Assembly (NCBI RefSeq): GCF_036321535.1
Contig: NC_087437.1
Location: forward strand, 59,584,001 to 59,648,000
Length of the DNA: 64,000 nt
Reading direction: 5' to 3'
Origin: Camelus dromedarius
Taxonomy: Eukaryota
The first letter of the stretch is position 1. Every line of letters starts with the position of its first letter. Position numbers and translations under genes: made by a program. The notes beneath the pieces were generated by a model. The model ran no database searches. It was not told the DNA's origin and saw only the letters and a program-made list of their open reading frames with translations. Below, in pieces: positions 23,511 to 36,684 of this stretch.

Positions 23511-26127
23511 CTGGCAGTTCTGATCCTCACAACAAACTCATCTCTGGCCCAAGTCCAGTCACTTCTCTCCCCGGGCTGTCAAATGAAAGGGGACGTGGTA
23601 GCATTCTGAAATCCCCTCCAGCCCTGGCACCTTCTTGAGTAAGTACCTGGGGCAGCAGGAACAGGACTGAGGGCCAAGACCCTCAAGGTTCATGTTGCCT
23701 CCAGTGAGGGGGTGTCTGAGGCTATCCCTGCAGATGCCCTTGGGACATCAAGGCATTGGTGAAGATTTCTGAAGTCCCCAGGCTGCCAGGAGGGTTCAGA
23801 CTTAGGCTTTAATGAGGTTGAACTCTGGGTGAGTCACAGCTAGGAATTTTAATAAGCAAACCAGGTCCTGCCCAGCCCCCTTTGCCACCTAATTCATGGG
23901 ACACATGCAAACTCACATTCTTGTTGAAAGAGAGGTCAGAACAAACTGGATTTGGCACGGCCGATTCCAAGGGACATCTGAGTCATGAACTAAGCCAATG
24001 TGTGCTGAGTCCAAACCCAGGAGCTACCTGCTGGGCAGGGACAGGAGCCCAGGGGGAGGAGCTTCAGGTGGGAACTTGGGGGAACCTGCCCCACAATGTT
24101 TCCAGGGGTCCAGCCACATTCCCTGTGAGTAACCGGGTGGCAATTAAAACCACAGTGACGCTATCCTCCATTTACACAGAACTTGGCTCCTCACAAAAGG
24201 TATTTGTGGCTGTTATTTGATTTGATTTGATTCTCCAGAGTCATGATTGGGAGGGAACTTTGATCTCAGCTCTGCAGAGGACACTGAAGCCCAGAATGGT
24301 GATGGACTTGCCAGAGATGGCACTCCTTCTTCAGGCTCTTTGAGCTGTCTGTTTGGGCCCCCCACATCCAGGCCCCCCACCCCGGGTTGCTTCCAGGGAG
24401 GCCCATCCAGGATGGTGGTCTTGGGAGTCACCAGCCAAATCTCCAACCCATCAGGTCAACCATCAAAATGTTAAGGTGGTCATTTTTCACATGGACAACT
24501 TGTTTCCTTCTCATGTGAAGTGTGAGTACCTACCTCTGTATAGGATTTTGCTATTTTTAATGATTCACAATATACAATATAAATAAAGGCAGAGTGTTTA
24601 CTCTGCAAACACAGGTTCAAGATAAGCTTGGAAGAGCCCCTCCCAGCAGCTAAGCCACTCCTGATGGACCTCCTGGAATGATGGGCCAAACTGAGCCACC
24701 GGGGACACAGCGTGGAAGGGGATTGCTAATTCTTTCTGCTGAGGGAGGCTGCCTGTGGGAGAGCCCGGACTTCAGCCTCACTCCTCCATGAGTGACAAGC
24801 TTATGTGAGGGGTCCTACTGAGGACACAGCCCCAGGAGAGCCCCTGCCTGGGCACGGCAGGGATGGGGTCAGACTCCGCTGCAGGGCTGGTTTCCATAGA
24901 GGGAGGAGCTTTGGGTTTTCAGCCAACTGCATGGCCATTAGGCAAATGTTTGGGGCTTGCTTTTGGTTGTGCTTTAAACTGAGAAAATAAATCAGTTCGT
25001 CTTGGGGGAGTGGAATTTTATAGTTACAAGAGGAACGAGCATTGAGTCTGATTGTCCTTGGGCAGCAACTAAAACTGCACAGTCTCGCCTCTGTTGCGTT
25101 CAGGCCTCGGCCAGCAGCTCAACCACAAGAAATCATAGAATGGAAAATGCCTGGGTGTCAAAGAAAGGTGTGGAAAGAAGGAAACCCATGCAGAGCCACG
25201 GATTTGCCCAAGGTTACAGCTCGTACCAGGTGACTGAACAGTGTGGGAGCGGGAACCGAGTCCTTCCATGACCCTGTTTGTCCCCAGCACCCACCAAGGT
25301 GCCTGGAGGAGTGTGGTGCCCATGAGGTGAGTAGGATGCATGAAGGAAGGATGGCAGGGAAGGAGGGAGAGGGGGAGGGAGGGGTGAGCATCAGGCGAGA
25401 GCACAGGCCTCTCATTATCCAGGCCGGCGCTCAGGGATCTGTGTCACTGTCCTGAGCTGGACAAAGAGAAGCAGGGAGAGTGCAGGAATAGAGGGTATAT
25501 GAGGTACCAGGAGGGCAAGAGCAAGGCACTAGGGTGCGAGCAGATGTTTCAGGAAGAGGGGGAAAGGATGAGGACTCCAGAGTGGGGTCCACTTTCCCAA
25601 GTCAAGGTGCTGGCCCACTATGGGACGGGCCACTGTTGGTGGTGACTCAGGCAGTGGAAGGAAAGGTAACCAAGAATGCTTTCCCCAAAAAATCCAGGCC
25701 CTGCACACTCTGGACTCGGACTCTGAGTGTCAGATCTCCCTGCTTTTTCTGCTGGAGTCCCGTGGGTGGAGTGAAGGGGAAGTTGGGAGGGACGAGAGGG
25801 TAGACATCACCCTCCCAGGTGAAGAGAAACAGCCGCAACCTGCAAAACTGCTCAGCCTGTGACCTCTCACATTGACATCCAATAGCTCATTGGGTCCCTG
25901 TGAGGCCCCCATTCCACAGATGAGGAAACTGAGACCTTCTCATCTCCTCTCACATAGTGTTTAGTTTCTGTTGATAAACCAAACTAAGAAGGACTTCTGG
26001 AGAATTTAATTTAATAAGGACTGATTTCTGAGTAACTAAGGATGGACTTTCTAATGGGAGCTGCCGATGCTGATTTTTGGTGGGGAAATATTTGAGGTCA
26101 GAGAAATCTCAGCAGCCTCAGCTCAGC

Positions 26128-26300
26128 CAGCATTTTATTGAGCATTTACTATGTGCCAGGCACCATCTCTTTACTTATGTTGTCACATTTACTCTTTACT
26201 CACCGAAGAGGCAGGTACTATTATTATCTCTAGTTTACAGATCATGAAACTAATGACATTAATTGCCTTGTCCAAGGTCACCCGACAATAAGTGGTGGCC
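26128..26300. mobile_element. MIR SINE
   Basis: 'tttattgagcatttactatgtgccaggcacc...aggtactattattatctctagtttacagat...ttgtccaaggtcac'. Confidence 0.75.
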
Positions 26301-29300
26301 TCAGGATACTTTTAATGATATTTCCTTGCCTATGCATGAGACTAAACTATGGCAAAAACTAGATCTTTGCAGGCAGGGGGAGGGGAGTGCACAAGAGGAG
26401 GGGAACTTGAAGTGGTGTAATTTGCTAGAGGGGAGGGAGAGAGGAGCATGAAGAGTAGAGGAGAATCAGAAAGTTTATTGTGGGGACAGTGACCAAGGTA
26501 AATGAAAATCACAGGTTTAAGGAGCAAACGTAAGACTTTAACAACCCTGCATCTATGTTATTACTTCGTGAGAACCGAATCCCATGTTGTAAAACACTTG
26601 TGTCCGCAGAGCTGTAATTTAAGATGTGCCCTTTGGTTCATCAGGTGTGGATAAATGAGGACACACCCAGGAGACGTGTTCTCCCACTTCGGTCCTACTC
26701 CTGGGCTCTAGTGAAATGGGAAACCTTCAGGTTCTGTTGTCCAGGGAGGAGCACAGGGAGATATGCCGAACGTCAGGATGCTGGGATTTGGGCAGCCTCG
26801 GCCACTCGTGCTGGGTGAGAGAGGTGCTCCCCTCAGCTTCCACGGGCCCCGGTGAGGGGAGTGGATAAAATGCTGACAAAGTGCACAGAGTTTGGGGTAG
26901 CCAGATCCTATTCATCTTTGCATTCCCAGGGCCTGGGACATGGAGGGCATCTGGTCACGCCAGTCAGGACCTCTTTTCTTCCTTCTCTCTGAATCTCTTT
27001 CTAAACATTCTAGGAATAGAGCTGATTTTAGAGGAAAACTCAGCAGTAACCTGAGGCCTGTGGGCCTGTCCTGGCCCTTGACCTCTTACCCTCACTGGCC
27101 AGTCCCATGAGAGGCAACATCCTGATGCCCTTCCGTTGTCCCCTCCCACACCACATCCCCCAGGACAGCCAGGATCGAGGGAGTCACCTCCAGGGCTCTG
27201 ATTGCAGCCACAGATGCTAGAGGCCAGGACGAGGGAGCTGGCATTGCCAGGACCCTGACTCTCTCCTGCACCCAGTAAACCCTGTCCCAGTGTAAAGCTT
27301 TCTCCACCTCACGGTCCCCAACCCCGCAGCCCAGACAGGTTCAGCAGCTCAGAGAGCAAGGATCAGCTGGTCTGGGGCCACTGCAGCTGAGCAGGACCAG
27401 CTGTTTCTCCAGCTTCCGACTTCCAGCTCCTTCTGGCTGGGTTGTGAGTGTGGGAGGGTCAGGGGTGCCGGCAAGGAAAGAGCTAGCTCTGGTTTCTCCC
27501 TTCTGCTCACTTATTGATTCAGAGAATGCAAAGGCTTTTACAGCTGCTGAAAACATTTCTCACCTTGACAGAACCCAGATGGCCAAAATCCATCCAAGAA
27601 ACATCCAAGTAACCAGCGATAGAGCCAATCTTCCCCTCTCTGCCTCCATCACCCCTGAGTCGGAGAGGAGCAGAAAAATCTAAAATGCAGAAAGTTAACC
27701 CCTGTCTTTGAGGAGATTGGATTTGATTTCCTTGCTTTTGCCTATTTACTACCTGTTCCCTTCTGTGTCTCCTTGTCTCCTAAGTAATATTTTCCTACAG
27801 TCCCAAGTTCCCATGTTAAAACTCTTGGAAAAAAATCAGTGAACGAATTGCTTCCCTCTGCTTTGGGGGTGTGCATGTGTTTCAATATTCGTAAGCGACT
27901 TGAGCTGAAGATGGACAGTTGGTAAGAGAAACACAAGAACTTTCCAGAGAAACACTGAAGGTGATTGATAAAAGTGCCTGTGAGAGGGACCCAGCCTCCC
28001 TCTCCTCCCCAAGACGACCTGCTCAGTGGCTTCCTCTGGGGGATTACTGAGCCCTCTACCTCCATCCTGCCTGCCCCAGACCCGGGAATTTGCAAACAGA
28101 ACTAGGCTAGGCTCCCTGAGGCCCGAATTCATTAAGACCCAAGTCTCCAGAGTGGCATGTAAGGGCCTTCATAACCGGATTCCAATCCCCTCCTTCAGTC
28201 TCACCTCTTGATCCCGAGGACCCCTCCCCACTCTGCCCCACACACAGCCCCTTCCAACTTCCTCACCCTCTTATGCCCTGGCCAGACCTATCTATCTGCC
28301 AAACCTTTTTAACTGCCATCTGCTCTCTGCCTAACCAACCCCTAACGTTCTTTCAAGTTCCTGCTCAGTGTCCAGGTCCTCTGTAAAGCTTCACTAGACC
28401 TTCTTTCCCCTGAAAGGAAAGACAGAGCCCCATCCTAGTGCTCCCACAACCCTTGGCAAACATCCTTATCACAGCACGAAGCCCCCCCGTTTAACTACAC
28501 GTTCTGTGCCTCTTTCTCCCTGCTAGTCTTTCAGTTCTGTGACACATGGTAACGGTTTGTAGAAACTCTGCAGTAAGTTTATTTTCTTGATCAAACAACC
28601 CACCGACAGGATGGCAAACAGTTAGAGCTGATGGAGTGAAGCACTTTCAAATCCATGGAGCAAACTGATTTTTCCAAGAACTTTTTGCCAAATTCCACAT
28701 GAGGGATGGAGCTCTTAACTTCATTTTAAAATTAAGAAGCAGCTTCAAAAAGTATTAAGTTGTGCTGTTGTCTAATGATATTAGTCATTTGTGGCTCAGA
28801 ATCAGTGTAATCAATAATCCTGTGAATCCTGGAAAGTTTCATACATCAGCTCGTTGGCTGAAGCTGGGAGGGGCTGACGGGCTTCCTTGGCTGAAGATTC
28901 TGTGCCCTTGGTGGGTGCCACTGGTCAAGCTGGAGACCAGAGGGGACACTCCAGGAAAGCAGAAAAGAGTTCTACTGTGATACTGAGTTTCACTTTCTGT
29001 TTGCTTGTTCATACTTGCTATACTCCATAGATACCACTTTCGTAACAAAGAAAAGCAATACACTTTTTAAAGTACAAGATGACAAAGCAATTAGATGATT
29101 AAAACTATAAAAGCTCAATGATGAGAAGGGGAGGGAAGAAGAGAGACACTTGACCAAAGATGCTTCTGCCCCTGAGACCTGCAGACAGAGCCCAGGACGA
29201 AGGGCCTGATTGCTGCCCCAGTGATCACGTCAAAATCACGAGGCCAGACTCCTGGGATGGGGCGAGAAGGGGGCGGTGGAGGGGGATCTGCAGGAGCCCT

Positions 29301-29842
29301 TCCTCTGCCGAGCGTCACATGCTCCTGTGCTCACCGCCCAGACAGCCACAGATGTCCCCAGGGGAGCACCGGAAAATCACACATTTGGGGGTTTGGGCCC
29401 AGCTCTGACACGTACATTTCTAGAATCTTGGACAAGCAGCTACTCCTGGGATTTCTTCACCTCTTTGGGGATCACGTGTCTGCCTCCCAGGGACATCTGT
29501 GATATGGATTATAAACTATTATAAACTGTATGGTGGTTCATGTGGACAAGGAGTTACTGGAATTATTGTTGGTTCTGGAAGGAGGTGGGACTGATAGTCA
29601 CGTATGAGCAGGATTCGCAGCATCTTTTGGACGTTCACAGACATTTCATGAGCTGAAAAATACTAGAATGTCTCCAACCGTGTAGGAGGTACTATTCTCA
29701 TTATTCCCAAGTTACAAAGGATAAAATCGAGGCACCAAAAAGCTAAGCAAATCGCCCAACTTGCCACACAGGAGCAGGGGAGCTGGAACATGAGCCTGAG
29801 CTGCCCATAGCCGAGCCTGTGCTAGTAACCATGGCTCATGCC

Positions 29843-29873
<31 letters not shown>

Positions 29874-29890
29874 ATGCGTGCACACACACA
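29843..29890. repeat. (CA)n / alternating purine-pyrimidine tract
   Basis: (CA)13 CGTGCATGCGTG (CA)5, unbroken alternation. Confidence 0.9.
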
Positions 29891-30390
29891 AACATGCACA
29901 CACTCCTCCTTTGTATTCCAGACACACCGCCCAGCATCTACTCTTGTTCTGCAGTTTCAATCCTGAATTTTGTTTCTTTGAAACCTAATTGCCCCAAGAA
30001 ATTGCTAACAATGTACGTCTGGGGAGTGGGAATGTGGGGTCAGGGTGGGTGAGGGGGCCTTTTCTTTTCGTTTTATACTGCTTTATATTTTTTGAGTCTT
30101 CCTCATGACTGTGTATTACATTTATAAGAATTAATGAAAAGACTTATTGCTCCGCATTGGTCAGTGTGCTGCAGAACAAAAATTTTAAAGTTTACTGGAA
30201 ATTAAAAAATCTGTTGCCATTCACAGGGTTTTGGAGCCTTATTTACCTAATGCCATGGCCGTTGGGGAATCTTTCCAATTCATGTTGGAATCAAGCCTGG
30301 CTTTCCTGATTCCTCACCTCCAGCTTTCAGCCTTTGCGGCCAAAGCCAGCCCAGCCCCTTCCTGTGGTTTCCAGCTCAGCCTGCCTGGTG

Positions 30391-30489
30391 GAGGAAGGGG
30401 GACAGGAGAGGGGGAGGGGGAGGGAAGGGGGATGGGAAGGTGAGGGGGAAGGGGGAAAGAAAAGGAGGGAGGGGAGGACAAGGGAGGAT
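30391..30489 (+). repeat. GA-rich low-complexity polypurine tract
   Basis: About 100 nt almost entirely G/A with many runs of 3 or more G. Confidence 0.85.
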
Positions 30490-32479
30490 ATTGGGCCCCA
30501 TCCAGGGGAAGCCTGGCCTGGACCCTTCCAGCACCCGCCCCGCACCCTGCTTATGCTTGGTGGAAACAGGATCAGGTCACAATCCAGGCCTCCAAAACCT
30601 AGAGATGGAGGCCTGGGGAAAGTGGAAACATACAAGGAGGTCAAGATTTGAGGGGAGACAGACTCAGAAAGGGGCAAATGAGGTCTGGATCACCCTGTTA
30701 GGAGGAAGGGGGACACAAGCCGGGGGGCAAGGATGAGGCCCTGCATCCGTGGCCTCTGTGCCCCCAGCAGTGTCCCACCTGCTTTCCCTCAGGGTCCAGA
30801 GGAGTCCGAGGGCCAGGAGCCCATCAGGGCAGTGGCCCCAGGAGGGACCCGGGAGCCTGCCCCTGCCGTGCCTAAATCCACGTGACAGCCAGCTCTAATT
30901 AAGTCTCTGGAGGAACACGAATGTGCTCTCATGTGTTATTCCCTCGAGCAGGGACGTCAGGCAGAAGGATGGGAGGGAGGCAGTTATGTGCCCCTACTTA
31001 GCAATGTCACTTTAATTTCTCAAAAACACTCCCTGACAGACCCACGCCGAGCCCTCCCTGCTCGGGAAGCCCAGCTCAGCTAGCAGGCCAGCTAGGGGCA
31101 GCTGGAGCTTGTCTGTCTGACTTGCTGGGGGAGAATTCATTAACCGGCCATCAGCTCTTCTGTTTCTGGAGATCCCGGTGCTGGCGCGGTCTGTGTGCAA
31201 TGTGGAGGGTGTCAGGTAACCCCGTGGGACTACCACAGCCCAAAGAATCCCTTCGATACTAAGAAACCACAGCTCCTGTGGGGAGTTTTCTTTGTTGCTT
31301 CCCCTGCAAACAGGCAGCCGGGGCATTTGTCTTTCTTCTCTGGCCACCTCTAGGCCATTATCAGGGCTGGCTTAGCCACTGCTGCTGTAAATGTTTGCCT
31401 GACTGGAGGAAGCTCCCCCATATTAAGCAGGAAGCCATGAACGAGAAGCCTTTCTGCTTCCTTATTAGATGCTGTACAAGCAAAAACCAAGCTCTGTAAT
31501 ATTCAAAACCTCAGGTGTCTGAATATTTCCCAAGAATGAGATTGGCATTCCCTCCCTTGGCACAGCCAGTGTCCACTGGGTTGGGAGTAGGAATGGTGCC
31601 CACGCAGGCCCCTGAGCAGGGAAGCCCACCTCCAGGGAGAGCAGGTGCTCCCCTCAAATCCCCAGCTTTCCAGGGGAAGGGCCGGCTCCCTGTAGTCCCG
31701 GAGATTGCCTCCCTATTCTTGACATAACTTGGGGACAGACTATCCAGCTACACACCCCACAGGGAGCCCTAGACTCTGGCTACGTGAGACTTCCCAGAGT
31801 TCTCCAAACACACAGGCCTTTTCTCATGACTTGGGTCTACACTGATTGCTCTGCCTGGCATGCCCTTTCCAGAAGATTCCTCTCGGTACCTTTAGGCATA
31901 CCTCTAGGTCAAGGATGGTGAAAAGACATCATCTGGGATGCCAACTGTGACTGACTGTGGGCACTGCTGGGAGCTTTATAATGATCACATCCAAGCTGTG
32001 AAGTGATTTGATGGATGAGTCATTGGTCTAGTTAGTTATAAATGCCACCTCCTCCAGGATGCCCTCAGGACTTCCACCGTCCAAAGTAATGTGATCTCTT
32101 CGTCCCTGCCTTCCCTTAGCACCTAAGTTATTTTCCAATTTTCTACCTTGTATTACAATTATTTGAACAGCTTACTCCCCTTCCCCCGCTAGCCTCTGGG
32201 TTCCTTCAGGCAGTGACTGCATCTTACTCACCTTTGTATCCTCCATAGAACATGTTGTTCCTTGCTTGGAGTCAGTGCTGTCAAGGTGGCTGATTTAACT
32301 TTCTTTCCTGGGAACAGCTAGCTGAGAGCAGACTCAGCTGGAATATTCCTCAGGACGGATATATTTTGAAAGAGGACTGGTTGATTCTGCACTCCTGCGC
32401 TGGGGAAGGTGCTGCTTCAGAGCAGGTACCAGGGTTAATAGGGGCACAGGGCAACTGGCTGGCTTGGGAGTGGGGGTGG

Positions 32480-32646
32480 TAGGGTTTCCAGGTAAAATAG
32501 AAATGTCCAGTTAAGTTGAACATAGTATAAGCATATACTAAATATTATATAGAACATACTTTTGCTAAAAAAAAATTCATTGTTTATCTGAAATTCAGAT
32601 CTCACTGGGTGTCCTATATTTTTATTTGCTAAATTTGGCAACCCTA
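32480..32646. mobile_element. MER53 palindromic hAT MITE with a deletion in the left arm
   Basis: TIRs TAGGGTTTCCA and TGGCAACCCTA; 'ttgtttatctgaaattcagatctcactgggtgtcctatatttttatttgctaaatttggcaacccta'. Confidence 0.85.
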
Positions 32647-33829
32647 GATGAGCGTGCCAGGTAGAAGTTCCTGGCAATCATCTGCACAGGCTTTCTAGGA
32701 ACAATTCTGTCCACTAACCTGTGTCTGCAGGTAAGAACACCCGGGAAGGCAGAAGGGACGAGCCCAGCCAAGCTGGCTCCTTTTGTGTGTCCACAACGCC
32801 CACGTCTCCTGGTGCTTCCAGATGAGGCTCTCTGATGTTCCACCACCAGATCTCTCCCAGGCTTGGCTTCCTGCAAAAGCCAGCTTAGTGAGACCTACTC
32901 AGAGGGGAGTTATGCATAACAACTTCAGGAAGCCTGCAAAAAAGCTTTTTAATGTGTTCAGCTGTAGCTTCACTAGGGGGACCAAGTCTGTCTCATTGGC
33001 TGCCCGGTGCCTTGCACAGTCCTTGGCATAAAGTAGATGTTCAATAAATGTTTACTGAATAAATAAAGAGCTTGGTGCTGCTGGACTTTCTCCATCCATG
33101 ATTAAGCTTACCTCAGCCACAGTGATAAAAATGTGCAAAGAAAAGGGAGTTGGCATTAAGCCTTTCCTTTACAGAAGTCATCACGAATTTCCATTACCTA
33201 GCAAACGGTCCAAGTGCATTAGATGGATTTGGATTTAAAATCAATTAATGCATCCTCAGGGAACTTGGCTACTATAAAAGCAAGATAAAATTGTAAGTTA
33301 ATTTATTTCCATTTAAAGGGTAATTAATACTTTACACTGATGTGAATTTAGAAAACAAGGAAAAGTACCAATGAAAGAGAAAAACTCGTCCCATCTGAGG
33401 ACCTCAGGCAGACTGAGCTGTTACAGGTACACCGAGTTACACCTGTTTTGTGGCGCTGGCCTTCTCTCTTCCCTTTCCACTCAGAGTTGCTGAACATCTT
33501 TCTTTTCTCCAGTTTTCCCTTTGTTCTCCTCTGCCAAGAGCCCTGATGGAGGATGCAGCCTGATCCCAGATTCTGAGGTTCTACCGAAACTAGGTGATTG
33601 TGGCTAAGAAGAGCCCAGGGGTCAGAGAAGCCGTCAACCCAGGGACAGCAGGAATAGGCACATGTAATGAGGGTCTGGTTTAGGGGTGTCAGTGGGGCTG
33701 GGGCCATAGAGGTGGCATCACATGGCAGGAGGGGTGGGCCTGTGACCATTGATGTGTAAACTAGAAAGGGACAATCAGGCAGGAACTGGAATTCTCCTGA
33801 CTTGTAGACTGGGGGAATGGTGAGGGTAC

Positions 33830-34270
33830 CAGCCAGGGCTTAGTGGCAAATAACAGAAATTGATTCTGGATCTCTAAGAAGAAACAAAATTCATTAAATA
33901 CATACTTATTAGTGCTCCCTGAATCAATGGGAAGGCTGAAAAGCCAGTCTCAGAAAATAGGCAGGATCAAGAGAAGCTGGGACGTAGGTCACACCACAAG
34001 AGCACCCTGGTCAGGTCACAGCTAAAGCATCCCTTGCTGCACTGCCCACCTCCACTCCTGCTGTGAATAATGCCCAGCTTGGGTCACTCTCAGGAACCAA
34101 AATCCCTTTTCCATGGTGTGAATGACCATGTCTAAGTCATGTGAAAATACCCCAGTCACTAGAGGGCAAGTGTGGGAATGTCTGGCCCACTTCAGATTTT
34201 AATTGGTATTTTCTCCAAATAGGATAAGGGATCAGATGACAGAAAATTCAAAGAAAGAGAGAGCACAAAT
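33830..34270 (-). mobile_element. Old MaLR LTR (MLT1 family)
   Basis: 'agggcttagtggcaaataacagaaattgattctgg', 'ctaagtcatgtg'. Confidence 0.45.
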
Positions 34271-36684
34271 GATCTCTATGGTGGCATTAAAGTGGGGAGT
34301 GCAGGAGAGAGGGCAGGTTTGTAGAGCAGAGCAAGTTCAGTTGTGAGCATACTGAGTATGAGACGCCAACAGGTATCCAGGCGGAGCTGTGGAGAGAGGA
34401 TGACATTGGAGATGCTGATCTGGGAGCTGTCTTCAAAGAGGTGACAGGCCGCTGCTATAGCATCTTGCCCTGGATCACTGCGGCTTCTCCAGCCATCCTT
34501 GCATTCCACATCTTTAATAGCTGATGTCTTCTGAGAAGCCTAGGACATGAAGTCAAGGGCCCTGCAGGGGGTGAAGGTTTGGCTGGGTCCTCTTTTCCCA
34601 AAATTCCCAGTTCCTGGCTTTTCTGATCATGAAAAATGACTAGCAAATAAGAGAATTTAAGCTGGCTGTGACCAGGACATAAGGGCAGCTTTGATGACAG
34701 CTGATGGGAAAGAAGCAGGAAGAATCGCTCCTCCTTTTAGGGCTCCATAGCCTTAATTTTCAGGTTTAATTTTCAGAAGCAGGAAGTCCTCAAGGGTAGC
34801 ACAGGAGTTCTGGAATGTTAAGAACCCTGAGGCCTGTGAACTGCAAGGAGACTCAGGGATCATATTGTTCAACCCCTTACCTGAAACACGAGTGCCCACA
34901 GCTTAGAGAATCCCACAAACTGTAGCTTCCTTTCAAGTTCTCTGATTGTGAAAAAGTGACACTACCTTTCACCCACACCTTTGCCCCATCCTGCCAACCC
35001 TGCCACCCACCTGAGAGGAAGGGAGGCCTTGGGTAGGATGCAGCTGGGTGGAACACCTCCTCTTCCCCTGGAGGCAGTGACATCCGTCACTCCTAGGAGA
35101 TGATTTAAATGCTGCTATTGTTAAATTTTTGGCGAGTAGATCTGGATTATTCTCCCATGGGGCTGGTCATGAGTCACTACAGCACATCCTCAGGAAGGAG
35201 CTGGCTGGACTCCTGAAATGGCCAGATCCTGCTGTGAACTTGGGACCCAGTGAACCTGGGCTGTGAACTGGAGCCCATCACGTGGCTGCTCCCATCATGG
35301 GGGGAGGAGGGGCTGGACACTGAGGAGAGACACACTTTGGGCACTGGCATCACAGAGGGCTCAGCTAATAGAGCACAATAGCCTGAGTGAAGTCCCCACT
35401 GTGACGATGGTGAGGACTAATTCACTGGCGGGGAGGGGGGGACACAGCAGGTGGCTGCACAGAGAGACTATTCAGTAAAAGCCATTCTTTTTCTTCTTCT
35501 TATAGGAGGTGGTCCTTGAGCTGAACATTAAAGATGGGCAAGTCCTCTTCTCACTCCAAATAAGCAGTAAGGAGACAGGGAACATCCCCAGAGGAAGGAA
35601 TATTCACAGATTCCAGAATTTCAAAGTCTTAACATTTTTGATGATTAGCCTGCAGACTGTGGGAGCTGTACCAGGACAGTCACCCAAAGTGAAGGGAAGG
35701 AGCATGAACTACAGCAATCCAGGTAAAGTTAGGATGGTAAATGGCTCTATGTCATGGACAGAGAGTCCAGAAGTGAATAAATGAATGAATGAATGAATGA
35801 CCATAACCCGGTCTCCACAGTGCCATCTTCTGGAAAGGAAAGGACACTGGCATTGTTCATTCTCTCCCCTCCCCTTCTGCTGCATGTCCAAGCCTCTCAT
35901 CCTTTGGCATGGCTCCAAAAAAACCCAAAAAACAAAAATCTACAGTAAAGGTGAGGAAGTAAATCAGAAATAAAATGTTTTTTTTTAAAAAAGGAAAAAA
36001 GTAGGAAGCCTTTCTTGATTCACCAACTCAGAAATTCTCCTTTTCCCCTGTCCTCCCAAAGAACTCACCCCCAATATCAGGCCCTCACTTCGAGGTCAAC
36101 TGATGGTTATTGATGTGTGCGTCTTACCTCTGTGTGCCCTGCAGTGCTATAGTGGCCCCTTGCACAGGGTGTCAAGGATTTCTTGGCCCTCCAAGGACCC
36201 ACAAGTCCCCTGCCCTTTTGTCTGGGATTGTTTGAGTGACTTTGGTGGCAAAAGAGCTTTGAATTGAATTGGAGTAAGACGCATTTCTTTGAATGAGTAC
36301 GGAGTGGTCTCTAAGTGGGAAGGAGTCGGGATGGGAGCTGGGTCCTCTGGCAGAGTAAGGAGGAAACAGATCCCAAATGAAATTAGTGAAAAACCTGTCT
36401 TAGGGCCCCAGGCGAGGCCGAAGGGCCTGGAGGACATGACCAGGGCTGTGCACGGGTTGCAGGGGATGAGAAAGGCAGAGATGAGGAAGCCTTGAGGTGT
36501 AGGGGAGGGGAAAGTGGTCGGCATTAGGCAGGACTTTAAAATCAGGTCTCTGTATCTCTCTCCTTGACCTAACCAGCAGGGTGCCCATGACTCCAACACT
36601 GAGGGGAGAGATCACGTGGTGCTCAATAAATGCTGAATAGAGTTGTCTTGAATAACGATGATAATGCTAATAATAACAATAACA

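Noticed and set aside
34155..34172. CTCF-like motif TCACTAGAGGGCA
   Set aside because: Lacks the first core C and lies within a decayed MaLR LTR; too weak to call
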